The translations under genes were made by a program, and so were the position numbers. The notes under the pieces were generated by a model. That model saw only the letters and a list, made by a program, of their open reading frames with translations, had not been told where the DNA came from and made no database searches. A stretch of 39,611 nucleotides of DNA. It comes from Rickettsia typhi. Its GTDB lineage: Bacteria; Pseudomonadota; Alphaproteobacteria; Rickettsiales; UBA1997. Below, in pieces: positions 1-10,232 of the stretch (the stretch's first letter is position 1; every line of letters begins with the position of its first letter). The stretch is taken from the NCBI GenBank assembly GCA_945874115.1, contig CAMCFD010000003.1:1-39611 (forward strand). Direction: 5' to 3'.

Positions 1-1122
1 GGTAAAACAACTCTAACTGCTGCTATTACAACCTATTTGTCAAAATCAGGTATGGCAGAAAAAAGAGGATATGATCAAATTGACGCTGCTCCAGAAGAAA
101 AAGAGCGTGGTATTACAATCAATACTGCTCACGTTGAATATGAAACTACAAAAAGACACTACGCTCACGTAGACTGTCCAGGTCACGCCGATTATGTTAA
201 AAACATGATTACTGGTGCTGCACAAATGGATGGCGCAATCCTTGTTGTTTCTGCTGCTGATGGTCCAATGCCACAAACTCGTGAACACATTCTTCTTGCT
301 AAACAAGTTGGTGTTCCATCAATCGTAGTTTTCTTAAACAAAGTTGACCAAGTTGAAGATGCTGAGCTTCTTGAGCTTGTTGAAATGGAAGTTCGCGAAC
401 TTCTAACTTCTTATCAATTCCCTGGTGACACAATCCCTATCATTAAAGGATCGGCTCTTAAAGCTCTTGAAGGCGAAGATTCTGATATCGGTGAAAAATC
501 AATGCAGGCTCTTATGGATGCTGTTGACGCTTACATCCCAGAACCAAAACGCCCAGTTGACCAACCATTCTTGATGCCAATTGAAGACGTATTCTCAATT
601 TCTGGTCGCGGAACAGTTGTTACTGGAAGAATCGAACGCGGTATTGTTAAAATCAACGAAGAGCTTGAAATTGTTGGTATCAAAGCTACTCAAAAAACAA
701 TCTGTACTGGTATCGAAATGTTCAGAAAGCTTCTTGATGAAGGTCGCGCTGGTGATAACGCTGGTGTCCTTTTACGTGGAACTAAAAAAGAAGATGTTGA
801 GCGCGGTCAAGTTCTTTGCAAACCAGGTTCAATCACTCCTCACACTACTTTCGAAGCCGAAGTTTATATCTTAACTAAAGAAGAAGGTGGACGTCACACT
901 CCATTCTTCAAAAACTATCGCCCACAATTCTACTTCAGAACAACAGACGTTACTGGTTCAGTATCTCTTCCTGAAGGAACAGAAATGGTTATGCCTGGAG
1001 ACAACATCAAATTGCACGTTGAACTAATCAACCCAATTGCGATGGAAGAAGGCTTACGCTTCGCTATCCGTGAAGGCGGAAGAACTGTTGGTGCTGGTGT
1101 TGTTGCGAAGATTTTGAAATAG
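1..1122 (+). CDS. tuf: Elongation factor Tu (5'-truncated by window edge)
   Basis: Frame 1 opens with [10 protein letters not shown] (P-loop), then [17 protein letters not shown] and the C-terminal [12 protein letters not shown]; true start lies upstream of the window. Confidence 0.99.
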   Translation, partial: GKTTLTAAITTYLSKSGMAEKRGYDQIDAAPEEKERGITINTAHVEYETTKRHYAHVDCPGHADYVKNMITGAAQMDGAILVVSAADGPMPQTREHILLAKQVGVPSIVVFLNKVDQVEDAELLELVEMEVRELLTSYQFPGDTIPIIKGSALKALEGEDSDIGEKSMQALMDAVDAYIPEPKRPVDQPFLMPIEDVFSISGRGTVVTGRIERGIVKINEELEIVGIKATQKTICTGIEMFRKLLDEGRAGDNAGVLLRGTKKEDVERGQVLCKPGSITPHTTFEAEVYILTKEEGGRHTPFFKNYRPQFYFRTTDVTGSVSLPEGTEMVMPGDNIKLHVELINPIAMEEGLRFAIREGGRTVGAGVVAKILK

Positions 1123-1134
1123 TTTAGGTTTATC

Positions 1135-1170
1135 GCAGGCTGTTAAATCAGCCTCGCTAGTTTTAAGTTT
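1135..1170 (+). terminator. Hairpin plus T-rich tail after tuf (possible intrinsic terminator or stabiliser)
   Basis: AGGCTG-TTAAAT-CAGCCT stem at 1137-1154 followed by TAGTTTTAAGTTT. Confidence 0.5.
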
Positions 1171-1250
1171 TTGAATAGTGGGTTAAGTCCCTCAAGGTTT
1201 ATTTTATAAAAGCGTGTAAATCCAGAATGATTTATACAAGTAATAAAATT

Positions 1251-1571
1251 ATGAAAAAAGAAAATATAAAAATAACTCTAGAATCGTTTGATAACAAAGT
1301 GCTTGATAAGGCTATGTTTGAAATCATTAGTACCGTAAGACGTACTGGTGCTGGCATTAAAGGCCCGATTCCTTTGCCAACTAAAATCAAGAAATTCACT
1401 GTAATCAGAGGTCCTCACGTTGATAAGGACTCAAGAGAGCAGTTTGAAATAAGATCATCAAAAAGATTGTTGATTATTGCTCCTACAGCGCAAACAGTCG
1501 ATGCTTTGATGAAACTCAGCCTTTCTGCTGGTGTAAACATCAAAATTGCACTAAACGGTACCAAAAATTAG
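1251..1571 (+). CDS. rpsJ: 30S ribosomal protein S10
   Basis: GPIPLPT and [14 protein letters not shown] motifs; ATG at 1251 preferred over 1227 on expected length. Confidence 0.98.
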   Translation: MKKENIKITLESFDNKVLDKAMFEIISTVRRTGAGIKGPIPLPTKIKKFTVIRGPHVDKDSREQFEIRSSKRLLIIAPTAQTVDALMKLSLSAGVNIKIALNGTKN

Positions 1572-1596
1572 AAAGTTTTGAAACAAATTTAAAAAT

Positions 1597-2226
1597 ATGT
1601 TAGAATTAATTGGAAAAAAAATCGGTATGAGTCACCTCTTCAATGAAGAAGGTGTTGTTTCTCCTATTACCTTTATTAAGCTTTATGATAATTGTGTTGT
1701 TGACCTAAAAATCAACGCAGAAAAAGACTTTGACAGTCTTACTTTGGCTTTCAAAAAAGTTGAAGGTAAAAAAATCAACAAAGCACAAATTGGTCATTTT
1801 AATAAAAATTCAGTTCCTCTACACAAGAAAATCAAAGAATCTCGTGTAAAAAAAGGTCTTGAATATAAAACTAACGATTCAATCGCAATTGATTCTGTTA
1901 TAAAAGAAGGCGACCTGATCAATATTAGTGGAATTTCTACTGGTAAAGGTTTTGCCGGTGTTATGAAAAGACACAATTTCGCTGGCTTAGAAGCTTCGCA
2001 CGGTGTTTCAGTTTCGCATCGTTCACATGGTTCAACTGGTCAAAGACAAGATCCGGGTAAAGTTTTCAAAAACAAGAAAATGGCCGGACATATGGGTGTC
2101 GATAAAATTACTGTAAAAAACCTAAAAGTTCTAATAATTGACAAAGAAAACTCACTAATCGGTATTAAAGGTGCCGTTCCTGGCTTCGCCGGAAGTGATG
2201 TTATTGTTAAAATTGCTAAGATTTAA
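1597..2226 (+). CDS. rplC: 50S ribosomal protein L3
   Basis: GKKIGM, GKGFAGVMKRHNF, HGSTGQRQDPGKVFK and KMAGHMG motifs; synteny. Confidence 0.98.
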   Translation: MLELIGKKIGMSHLFNEEGVVSPITFIKLYDNCVVDLKINAEKDFDSLTLAFKKVEGKKINKAQIGHFNKNSVPLHKKIKESRVKKGLEYKTNDSIAIDSVIKEGDLINISGISTGKGFAGVMKRHNFAGLEASHGVSVSHRSHGSTGQRQDPGKVFKNKKMAGHMGVDKITVKNLKVLIIDKENSLIGIKGAVPGFAGSDVIVKIAKI

Positions 2227-2236
2227 AATAAAAAAT

Positions 2237-2878
2237 ATGACTTCGATTGCATTAAAAACAATAAATTTCGAAAGCGGCGCCATTGATGGCAAAGCAGTAG
2301 AATTTAAATTTGACGGTGAACTTCAAGCTGAAAGCGCAAAAAATCTTGCCTACACTGTAAGATGGCAACTTGCCAGAAGAAGAGCCGGAACTGCCAAAGT
2401 GAAAACTATGGCCGAAATTTCAGGAACTACGGCTAAGCCACACAAACAAAAAGGTACAGGTAGTGCTCGTCAAGGTTCAAAAAGATCAGTGCAATTCGTC
2501 GGCGGTAGAACTTGCCACGGACCAGTTCCGCGTTCTTTCGATTTTGCGATTCCTAAAAAAATCGTTAAAAAAGCTCTTTCAGACGCTTTGAAAATCAAAT
2601 TGCAAGAAAATAAAATCATTTTGTTTTCTGAAGTTGAAAATAACGCAATGAAAACAGCAAAATTGAATTCAGTTTTGCAAAAAAATAATTTTTTAAGCGT
2701 GTTAATCGTGTTTGACTCAACTGCTAAAAACACTGAATCATTGATTCGCGCAGCTTCTAATCTTAAAAATGTTAAGACATTAGACGCAAAAGCAATAAAT
2801 GTTTACGATATTTTAAAATTCGACCAAATCATCGTCGATAGCAAAATTTTCGCAAGCAATATTTTAACAGCATTATAA
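2237..2878 (+). CDS. rplD: 50S ribosomal protein L4
   Basis: RRAGTAK, KPHKQKGTGSARQGS and GGRTCHGP motifs; ATG at 2237 follows the rplC stop. Confidence 0.97.
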   Translation: MTSIALKTINFESGAIDGKAVEFKFDGELQAESAKNLAYTVRWQLARRRAGTAKVKTMAEISGTTAKPHKQKGTGSARQGSKRSVQFVGGRTCHGPVPRSFDFAIPKKIVKKALSDALKIKLQENKIILFSEVENNAMKTAKLNSVLQKNNFLSVLIVFDSTAKNTESLIRAASNLKNVKTLDAKAINVYDILKFDQIIVDSKIFASNILTAL

Positions 2879-2887
2879 TATATTTTT

Positions 2888-3166
2888 ATGTTGAATTACG
2901 ACAAAATTAAAGGTTTGATCTATACTGAGAAATCAAACAAACAGCTTGCTGAAAACAATAAATATTGTTTCGAAGTTGATACTTCTTGCAATAAAAAAGA
3001 AGTTGCTTCATTGATCAAAAAGTTTTTTGGTGTTGAAGTTGTGAAAGTTAATATCGCTAATGTCCGCTCTGAAACTACTAGATTTAAAGGTGTTGAAGGC
3101 AAAACAAAAGCTAGAAAAAAAGCGATTATAACTTTGAAAGAAGGTCAATCGATTAAGTTTGATTAA
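2888..3166 (+). CDS. rplW: 50S ribosomal protein L23
   Basis: TEKS, FGVEVVKVN and KKAIITL motifs; synteny. Confidence 0.96.
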   Translation: MLNYDKIKGLIYTEKSNKQLAENNKYCFEVDTSCNKKEVASLIKKFFGVEVVKVNIANVRSETTRFKGVEGKTKARKKAIITLKEGQSIKFD

Positions 3167-3283
3167 ATTAGTTGGACAAACTTATGATTATTCATAAGTA
3201 GGGATAAGATTCAAATCTTACCCATGTTAGTAAATTGTAGAAAATGGGATTTTCCATTAAAATAAAGTAAAAGAAGATTAAAT

Positions 3284-4117
3284 ATGTCTTTAAAACATTA
3301 TAAGCCAGTTACACCGTCTCTTAGAGAATTGATTACAATCGACAGAACCGGCCTTTGGAAAGGCTCTCCGTTGAAAATGCTTACTACTAAAGCTGGTGAA
3401 AAAGCTGGTCGTAACAACATCGGACACATTACTGTAAGGCATAAATCTGCTGGTCATAAAAAATCATACAGAATTATCGATTTCAAACGTGATAAATATG
3501 ATGTAGAAGCGGTTGTTGAAAGAATCGAATATGATCCAAACCGCACTGCTTTTATCGCGCTTTTAAAATATACCGATGGCGTGTTTTCTTACATTATTGC
3601 ACCAAACAAGCTTGTTGCGGGCGAAAAAATTATGTCATCAAGAAGCTTGATCGACATCAAAACTGGCAATGCAATGCCACTTGCGATCATTCCAATTGGT
3701 ACAATAATTCATAATATTGAATTAAAACCAGGTTGTGGTGGTGCTGTTTCTCGCTCTGCGGGAACTTACGCCCAATTGGTAGGAAAGGATGGCGGATATG
3801 CTTTGGCTAAATTACAATCAGGTGAAATCAGACTTTTCTCACTTGAGTGCATGGCAACAATTGGAACTGTTTCTAACCTTGACAATAAAAATATCGTCAT
3901 CGGTAAAGCCGGTCGTTCAAGATGGCTTGGAATCAGACCAACCGTGCGTGGTGTTGTTATGAACCCTGTAGATCACCCTCATGGTGGTGGTGAAGGTAAA
4001 ACTTCTGGTGGTAGACACCCTGTTTCGCCGACTGGTAAGTCAGCAAAAGGTAAAATTACTAGAAAAAGAAATAAGCCGTCAAACCGCTTCATTTCTAAGT
4101 CAAGACGTTCAAAATAG
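3284..4117 (+). CDS. rplB: 50S ribosomal protein L2
   Basis: [13 protein letters not shown] and [21 protein letters not shown] motifs. Confidence 0.99.
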   Translation: MSLKHYKPVTPSLRELITIDRTGLWKGSPLKMLTTKAGEKAGRNNIGHITVRHKSAGHKKSYRIIDFKRDKYDVEAVVERIEYDPNRTAFIALLKYTDGVFSYIIAPNKLVAGEKIMSSRSLIDIKTGNAMPLAIIPIGTIIHNIELKPGCGGAVSRSAGTYAQLVGKDGGYALAKLQSGEIRLFSLECMATIGTVSNLDNKNIVIGKAGRSRWLGIRPTVRGVVMNPVDHPHGGGEGKTSGGRHPVSPTGKSAKGKITRKRNKPSNRFISKSRRSK

Positions 4118-4196
4118 TTATTTTGAAAGTTGGGTTTATGTTATTAGTGTTAAAAATCCTTGCTTTTTAGCAAGAAAAAGTTAAAATATATTTATT

Positions 4197-4496
4197 ATGC
4201 CTAGATCAACATGGAAAGTGCCTTTTGTAGATGGATATCTTATAAAAAAGGCTCGCGATTATGTAAATTCTTCAAAAAAACAGATCATTAAAACATGGTC
4301 TAGAAGATCCGTTATTTTGCCACAATTTATTGGCATTAATTTTGCTGTTCACAATGGCAAAAAATTTGTTTCTGTTTCAGTGACCGAAGGTATGGTTGGT
4401 CATAAATTCGGAGAATTCGCTCCAACCAGAACGTTCTACGGTCATGGTGGCGCTGATAAAACAGTTAAAAAAGATACAGTTAAAAAAGATAAATAA
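4197..4496 (+). CDS. rpsS: 30S ribosomal protein S19
   Basis: [12 protein letters not shown] and [13 protein letters not shown] motifs. Confidence 0.98.
   Translation: MPRSTWKVPFVDGYLIKKARDYVNSSKKQIIKTWSRRSVILPQFIGINFAVHNGKKFVSVSVTEGMVGHKFGEFAPTRTFYGHGGADKTVKKDTVKKDK
4461..4490 (+). repeat. Perfect 15-nt tandem duplication in the S19 C-terminal tail (TVKKD x2)
   Basis: ACAGTTAAAAAAGAT at 4461-4475 and 4476-4490. Confidence 0.9.
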
Positions 4497-4498
4497 TT

Positions 4499-4981
4499 AT
4501 GAGTGAAAAAATTGCTATTGCATATTTAAAAGCAGTAAAGTCGAGCCCACTAAAAGTAATGAAAGTTACTGGTGCGATCAAAAATATGCCAGTTTCAAGA
4601 GCGCTTGACGTTTTGAAATTCAGTAAGCTTAAGCTTGCGCCAATTGTTAGAGGTTTGGTTTATTCTGCGATGTCAAATGCTGAAAACAACCATAATCTTG
4701 ATGTTGATAATCTTTACATCCAAAGAATCGACGTTGGTCGCGCCTTTGCATTAAAAAGATTCGCGGCAAGAGGTCGCGGTAAATCAAGCAGAATTTTGAA
4801 AACCTTCAGTAACATTCGCGTAGTTTTGGCCGAAAAAGCAGCCGAAGACGCTTCTGTTGCGAAAGTAAAAAAAGCTAGCAAAAAGACTGATTCTAAGCAA
4901 CAAGTCGGCGAAAAGAAAGCTGATTTAGCTAAAAAAACAGTTAAAAAAAGCGACAGTAAAGAAACTAAAGTAAAAGAATAA
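4499..4981 (+). CDS. rplV: 50S ribosomal protein L22 with Lys-rich C-terminal extension
   Basis: SAMSNAENNH and KRFAARGRG motifs; about 50 extra K/A/S/E-rich residues. Confidence 0.97.
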   Translation: MSEKIAIAYLKAVKSSPLKVMKVTGAIKNMPVSRALDVLKFSKLKLAPIVRGLVYSAMSNAENNHNLDVDNLYIQRIDVGRAFALKRFAARGRGKSSRILKTFSNIRVVLAEKAAEDASVAKVKKASKKTDSKQQVGEKKADLAKKTVKKSDSKETKVKE

Positions 4982-4997
4982 TAAACGGAGCAACAAT

Positions 4998-5639
4998 ATG
5001 GGTCAAAAGGTTAATCCAGTAGGTTTTAGACTTCTCAACAGTAAGAATTGGGAATCTGTCTGGTATGATAACAAAAACTATGCTAAAAAACTGATTAGCG
5101 ATATTCAAATCAGAAGTTTTATCAAGAAAAATTACGCGCATTGCGGAATTGGCAGCGTCACGATTGAGCGCCCTTCTGATAAAATCATTTTGGTTATCAA
5201 AACTTCAAAACCAGGTGTTTTGATCGGTAAAAAAGGTTCTGATATTGAAAAAATTAACCAGTCTATTGAAAAAATTGCTGGATCAAAAGTAGAAGTTAAA
5301 ATTGTTGAAATTGACAAGCCTGACATCAACGCTTCTCTAGTTGCGCAAAATATCGCGAAACAATTAGAAAACCGTGCAGCTTTCAAGAAAGTTATGAAAA
5401 AATCGATGCAGTCAGCGATGAAATTCGGTGCACTTGGAATCAAAGTCAGTGTTGCTGGAAGATTGGGTGGCGCTGAAATTGCGAGAACTGAATGGTATAA
5501 AGAAGGTTCAGTACCTCTTCATACTTTACGTTGCAATATTGATTATGCAATCGCAAACGCTTACACAACTTATGGTGTGATTGGTGTTAAAGTTTGGATT
5601 TACAAAGGTCTTGTTGAAAAAAGAACTAAAGCTAATTAA
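4998..5639 (+). CDS. rpsC: 30S ribosomal protein S3
   Basis: MGQKVNPVGFRL, GRLGGAEIARTE and VPLHTLR motifs. Confidence 0.99.
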   Translation: MGQKVNPVGFRLLNSKNWESVWYDNKNYAKKLISDIQIRSFIKKNYAHCGIGSVTIERPSDKIILVIKTSKPGVLIGKKGSDIEKINQSIEKIAGSKVEVKIVEIDKPDINASLVAQNIAKQLENRAAFKKVMKKSMQSAMKFGALGIKVSVAGRLGGAEIARTEWYKEGSVPLHTLRCNIDYAIANAYTTYGVIGVKVWIYKGLVEKRTKAN

Positions 5640-5650
5640 TTAAGTAAAAA

Positions 5651-6064
5651 ATGTTAACTCCTGCAAAAACAAAATATCGTAAGGCGCAAAAAGGTGGCAA
5701 GAAAATTCTTGGCTTCACCTCTTCTGGGCACAGCCTTGCATATGGTTCATCTGGTTTGAAAGCTTTAGAGCCTGGAAAGCTTACTTCAAAACAAATTGAA
5801 TCAGCAAGAAAAGTAATTACGCGCTACATGAAGCGTACCGGTAAGCTTTGGATTATGGTTTTTCCTCATACTCCAATCACTAAAAAGCCAGCCGAGGTTC
5901 GAATGGGAAGTGGTAAAGGTAACGTTGAATATTACGTTGCTAAAATCAAACCAGGAAGAATTATTTTCGAGGTTGATGGAATTGAAGACGCAGAAGCAAG
6001 AATTGCTCTTGAAAAAGCTGCGGCAAAATTACCATTTAAAAGTAAAATTGTGAATTTAGTATAA
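5651..6064 (+). CDS. rplP: 50S ribosomal protein L16
   Basis: [18 protein letters not shown] and AAAKLP motifs. Confidence 0.99.
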   Translation: MLTPAKTKYRKAQKGGKKILGFTSSGHSLAYGSSGLKALEPGKLTSKQIESARKVITRYMKRTGKLWIMVFPHTPITKKPAEVRMGSGKGNVEYYVAKIKPGRIIFEVDGIEDAEARIALEKAAAKLPFKSKIVNLV

Positions 6065-6068
6065 AATT

Positions 6069-6254
6069 ATGTCAAAAAAAGAAGAAAAAAAGTCAATAAT
6101 GACTGATGTCGCTAATTTAAAAAAAGAGCTTATGATGATTAGAATCAAAGCTTCTTCGGGAGATGCGATTGCTTTGAAAGACTACAGAATTAAGAAAAAA
6201 GAGATCGCAAGGCTTTTTACGAAAATTAACGATAAAAAAACTGTTCAAAAATAA
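6069..6254 (+). CDS. rpmC: 50S ribosomal protein L29 (divergent)
   Basis: LKKELM..R and KKEIARLFT motifs; lies between rplP and rpsQ. Confidence 0.9.
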   Translation: MSKKEEKKSIMTDVANLKKELMMIRIKASSGDAIALKDYRIKKKEIARLFTKINDKKTVQK

Positions 6255-6256
6255 AT

Positions 6257-6466
6257 ATGAAAGTAAAAGTTTTAAACATAATTGATGACAAAACCTTTAA
6301 GGCATTGTCTACGAGCTATCAAAAGCATCCTAAATATGGAAAATATATCACGGTGCACAAAAAATATTTGGTTGATTCTGGCTCGAAAAAAGTTGAGGTT
6401 GGACAAGAAGTTGAAATTATTAGCTCTAGACCAATTTCTAAAAGAAAAAGATGGGCTTTAGTATAG
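6257..6466 (+). CDS. rpsQ: 30S ribosomal protein S17 (short, divergent)
   Basis: HPKYGK and RPISKRKRW motifs; synteny. Confidence 0.95.
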   Translation: MKVKVLNIIDDKTFKALSTSYQKHPKYGKYITVHKKYLVDSGSKKVEVGQEVEIISSRPISKRKRWALV

Positions 6467-6546
6467 CTCATAATTTGTATAAATTTGAGTAAGGCTGGGT
6501 TTTTTTAGTCCTTACAAATAAAGGATAAAAGTAAAAGAGAGATTTT

Positions 6547-6915
6547 ATGATTCAAATGAGAACAAGCTTAGTGGTCGCTGATAATTCAGGTGCTAAAACC
6601 GCTAGATGTGTAAAAATTTTAGGGGGCAGTGATCACATGATTACTGGCGTTGGCCAAATTATCGTTGCTTCAATTACTAGCGTAATTCCGGGTGCGAAAG
6701 TTAAAAAAGGTCAAGTTGTTAAAGCTTTGGTTGTTAGAACAAGAAGCAAAATTACTCGTCCTGACGGAAGTTTTGTTAAATTTGACGATAATGCTATCGT
6801 TTTGATTGACAAAGACGGCGAACCGATTGCGACTCGTGTTTTTGGTCCAGTTTCTCGCGAAGTTAGACAAAATAACTTCTTAAAGATCGCTTCATTGGCG
6901 TCTGAAGTATTGTAA
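6547..6915 (+). CDS. rplN: 50S ribosomal protein L14
   Basis: [23 protein letters not shown] and SLASEVL motifs. Confidence 0.99.
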   Translation: MIQMRTSLVVADNSGAKTARCVKILGGSDHMITGVGQIIVASITSVIPGAKVKKGQVVKALVVRTRSKITRPDGSFVKFDDNAIVLIDKDGEPIATRVFGPVSREVRQNNFLKIASLASEVL

Positions 6916-6973
6916 GATTTTTTAAAAAACACGTTTGTGTTTGTAAAATTTGATAGGTTATAAATAAAAAAAT

Positions 6974-7288
6974 ATGCAAAAATTTAAAAAAGGTGATCAA
7001 GTTATAGTTCTTTCTGGCTCAAGCAGAAAAAAAACTGGTAAAATCTTGTCTGTAAAAGGCGAGAAAGTTACAGTGGAAGGTGTAAATATTGCAACAATCC
7101 ACCAAAAACCAACTTCACAAGAGCCTGGAAAAATTGTAAAATTGGAAAAACCAATCCACATTTCAAATATAGCTCATTTTGAAAATGGTAAACCAGTTAA
7201 AGTAAAGTTCGTAATTGAAGCTGGTGAAGGCAAGATTTTCACTAGAAAATCGCGCGTTTCTAAAAAATCGGGCAAAAAAATAGGATAG
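6974..7288 (+). CDS. rplX: 50S ribosomal protein L24
   Basis: KOW motif KKGDQVIVLSG, plus VEGVN and PIHISN. Confidence 0.97.
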   Translation: MQKFKKGDQVIVLSGSSRKKTGKILSVKGEKVTVEGVNIATIHQKPTSQEPGKIVKLEKPIHISNIAHFENGKPVKVKFVIEAGEGKIFTRKSRVSKKSGKKIG

Positions 7289-7303
7289 TAAATTTTGACA
7301 AAA

Positions 7304-7840
7304 ATGCAAACATTAACAGAAAAATTATACAAAGATTCAGTTGCTGATATAAAACAAAAATTTGCGTACAGCAACGCTATGTCGGTTCCGCGCTTGAAAA
7401 TGATCAGCTTAAACGTTGGTATTAAAAGTGCTGATTCGGACAATAAATTCTTGTCATACTTACAAACTCAGCTTTCAAATATTGCTGGGCAAAAAGCGGT
7501 TTTGACTAAATCGAAAAAAGCGATTTCGACTTTTAAGCTTCGCGAAAATATGCCGATTGGCTGTCGCGTTACTTTGAGAGGGAAAAAAATGTATCAATTC
7601 TTAGACAAATTGGTTAACATCGCTCTTCCGAGAATTAGAGATTTCCGCGGTCTTTCTGCGAAAGGCTTTAACCAAAAATCTCACTACAGCTTTGGCGTTA
7701 AAGAGCACACAATATTTCTTGAGGTCGATCTTGACAACGTCCTTAAAGTTTTCGGTATGAACATCAATATTGTTACGACCGCAAAAACAAAAGAAGAAGC
7801 TCTATATTTGCTTAAAAAGATTAACTTTCCAATTAAATAG
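7304..7840 (+). CDS. rplE: 50S ribosomal protein L5
   Basis: AGQKA, FKLREN, VTLRG and LPRIRDFRG motifs; ATG at 7304 (alternative TTG at 7295). Confidence 0.98.
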   Translation: MQTLTEKLYKDSVADIKQKFAYSNAMSVPRLKMISLNVGIKSADSDNKFLSYLQTQLSNIAGQKAVLTKSKKAISTFKLRENMPIGCRVTLRGKKMYQFLDKLVNIALPRIRDFRGLSAKGFNQKSHYSFGVKEHTIFLEVDLDNVLKVFGMNINIVTTAKTKEEALYLLKKINFPIK

Positions 7841-7849
7841 TTTTAGAAT

Positions 7850-8155
7850 ATGGCAAAAAAATGCTTAAAAATTAGAAATGAAAAAAGACAAAAATTGTCT
7901 TTGATTCATAAAACAAAAAGACAAAATCTTTTGGAAGCCACAAAGAATGTTGAATTATCTTTCGAAGAAAGATTAAATGCACAACAAAAACTTTCTGAAA
8001 TGCCAAGAGACGGTTCTGTTGCTAGATACAGAAACAGATGCAGCTTGACAGGAAGACCGAGAGGAAATCTTAGAAAATTTAAGATGTCAAGAATTGCAGT
8101 TAGAGAATTGGCTTCATTTGGTCAAATCCCCGGCTTAGTTAAATCAAGCTGGTAA
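7850..8155 (+). CDS. rpsN: 30S ribosomal protein S14 (long, non-zinc type)
   Basis: [12 protein letters not shown] and IPGLVKSSW motifs. Confidence 0.98.
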   Translation: MAKKCLKIRNEKRQKLSLIHKTKRQNLLEATKNVELSFEERLNAQQKLSEMPRDGSVARYRNRCSLTGRPRGNLRKFKMSRIAVRELASFGQIPGLVKSSW

Positions 8156-8215
8156 GATAGTTTCTCATTTTAATATGAGATATAAGAATAATTATTAACA
8201 AATATTGATTTATAA

Positions 8216-8614
8216 ATGTCATTTAATCATCCGGTTTCAGACTTAGTTACGAGAATTAGAAATGGCTGCTTGGCCAACAGAGCGACTATAAGTGCGCCTG
8301 TTTCAAAACTAAGAGAAGCTATTCTTCACCTTCTAAAAGAAGAAGGTTTCATTCTTAGCTACAGTAAAGTTAAAGAAGAAGGTAAAATTGAAAGATTTGA
8401 TATTCACTTGAAATATCATCTTGACAGAGCTGTTATCAACGAAATCTCAGTTGTTTCTAAGCCAGGAAGAAGAGTTTATACAAATTGTGACAAAATTCCA
8501 GTTGCTAATAATGGTCTTGGCGTCGTGATTCTTTCAACTTCGCAAGGTGTAGTCACTGATAATACGGCCCGAGAAAAGAAATTGGGTGGCGAAATATTAC
8601 TTACAATATTTTAA
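8216..8614 (+). CDS. rpsH: 30S ribosomal protein S8
   Basis: DLVTRIRN, SKPGRRVY, GLG..ILSTSQG and GGE motifs. Confidence 0.98.
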   Translation: MSFNHPVSDLVTRIRNGCLANRATISAPVSKLREAILHLLKEEGFILSYSKVKEEGKIERFDIHLKYHLDRAVINEISVVSKPGRRVYTNCDKIPVANNGLGVVILSTSQGVVTDNTAREKKLGGEILLTIF

Positions 8615-8623
8615 TTAAATAAT

Positions 8624-9160
8624 ATGTCTAGAGTAGGAAAATTACCAGTTGTAGTTCCGGATAGCGTTAAAGTTGCCATTAGTGGCAGCGTTATAACCTT
8701 CGACAACGGTAAAATAAAAAGAGAATACGAAGTAAGCAAAGGTGTAAAAATTACCTTTGAAAACAAAGAAATAAAATTAGAGGCGATTGACAAAAAAACC
8801 CCTAAAATTTCGATGTTCGTTGGCATGAATAGAAGCAATATCAACAACATCATTAAAGGTTTGGTTACTCCGTTCAAAACAATTTTGGAAATCAACGGCG
8901 TTGGTTATAAAGCTTTAGTTGATAAAAACCTTCTTGTTCTTGATTTGGGTTATAGTCATGAAATAGTTTATTCATTGCCAAAAGGAATTACTGCGGCATT
9001 TGAAAAACCGAATTTAATCACAATCTCTGGTAATGATGGAGTATTAGTTGGTCAGATCGCTGCCGAAATTATTTCTTTTAGAAAGCCTGAGCCTTACAAA
9101 GGTAAAGGTGTGAAAGTTGCTGGTAAAGCAATTTTACGCAAAGAAGGTAAGAAAAAATAG
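8624..9160 (+). CDS. rplF: 50S ribosomal protein L6
   Basis: MSRVGKLP, GVGYKA and RKPEPYKGKG motifs. Confidence 0.98.
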   Translation: MSRVGKLPVVVPDSVKVAISGSVITFDNGKIKREYEVSKGVKITFENKEIKLEAIDKKTPKISMFVGMNRSNINNIIKGLVTPFKTILEINGVGYKALVDKNLLVLDLGYSHEIVYSLPKGITAAFEKPNLITISGNDGVLVGQIAAEIISFRKPEPYKGKGVKVAGKAILRKEGKKK

Positions 9161-9169
9161 TAAAAAAAT

Positions 9170-9514
9170 ATGCTAAATAACTATCAAAGAAGAAAATTCA
9201 GAGTTCGCTCTAAAATTGCCAAGCACAACAAAACATCGCGTCCGCGTATCGTTGTTTCTAGGTCAAACAAAAATTTTCACGCACAATTAATCAATATTGA
9301 AGGCAAAGTTCTTTGTGCTTTCTCAACTGTTAATTTTGAAGACAATAAAAAAGTAAGCGGAATTGAAAAAGCCAAAATTGTTGGTAAAAAATTCGCTGAA
9401 TTATGTCTAAAAGGTGGGGCGAAAGAAGTTGTTTTCGATAAAGGTGCATACATTTATAGCGGTCGTGTTAAAGCTATGGCTGAAGCGTGTCGCGAAGCTG
9501 GATTGCAGTTTTAA
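9170..9514 (+). CDS. rplR: 50S ribosomal protein L18
   Basis: RPRIVVSRSNK and VVFDKGAYIYSGRVKA..REAGLQF motifs. Confidence 0.98.
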   Translation: MLNNYQRRKFRVRSKIAKHNKTSRPRIVVSRSNKNFHAQLINIEGKVLCAFSTVNFEDNKKVSGIEKAKIVGKKFAELCLKGGAKEVVFDKGAYIYSGRVKAMAEACREAGLQF

Positions 9515-9597
9515 TAAATAAAAAACCGATATATTTTGGTCATTGAAGGCTGATATATTGGTGTTATTACAAAAAATATAAATTATATTAAATTATA

Positions 9598-10230
9598 ATG
9601 TCAAAGCAAGCTAAAAATAGTAATAGTGATATCGTCGAAAGATTAATTTCGATCAACAAAGTTTCGAAAACTGTAAAAGGTGGTAAAAACCTTTCTTTCT
9701 CAGCTTTAGTTGTTGTCGGTGACAAAAACGGCAAAGTTGGATTCGGAAAAGGAAACGCCGTTGAAGTGACTGATGCGAAAAATAAAGCTTTCGAAGCAGC
9801 AAAAAAAGCAATGACGAAAATTTCTCTAAAAGAAGGAAGAACAATTCATCATGATAGTTATGGACAGTTTTGTTCTGCGAAGGTTTACTTAAGATCAGCT
9901 CCTGCGGGTACTGGCGTTATCGCTGGCGGACCTATGCGCGCAATTTTCGAATGTGTTGGAATTAACGACGTGGTTGCAAAATCAGTAGGAACTTCAAATC
10001 CTTATAACATGGTTGCAGCTACTTTCCTTGCTTTGGAAAAGTTGGTTTCTCCTAAAATTATCGCCGAAAGAAGATCTAAAGAAATTTCTGAAATTGTAAA
10101 AAGAAGAAATAATGCTTTGGGTGTTTCTACGAAATCTCCTGAAAAAGAAGGCGTTAAAGTTTCAGAAAACTCAGAAGTAAAAACTGAAGTTAAAGAAGTA
10201 AAAAAATCTAAAAAAGAAAATAAAAGATAA
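9598..10230 (+). CDS. rpsE: 30S ribosomal protein S5 with charged C-terminal tail
   Basis: KTVKGG, ALVVVGD, GTGVIAGG and SNPYNMV motifs. Confidence 0.98.
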   Translation: MSKQAKNSNSDIVERLISINKVSKTVKGGKNLSFSALVVVGDKNGKVGFGKGNAVEVTDAKNKAFEAAKKAMTKISLKEGRTIHHDSYGQFCSAKVYLRSAPAGTGVIAGGPMRAIFECVGINDVVAKSVGTSNPYNMVAATFLALEKLVSPKIIAERRSKEISEIVKRRNNALGVSTKSPEKEGVKVSENSEVKTEVKEVKKSKKENKR

Positions 10231-10232
10231 TT

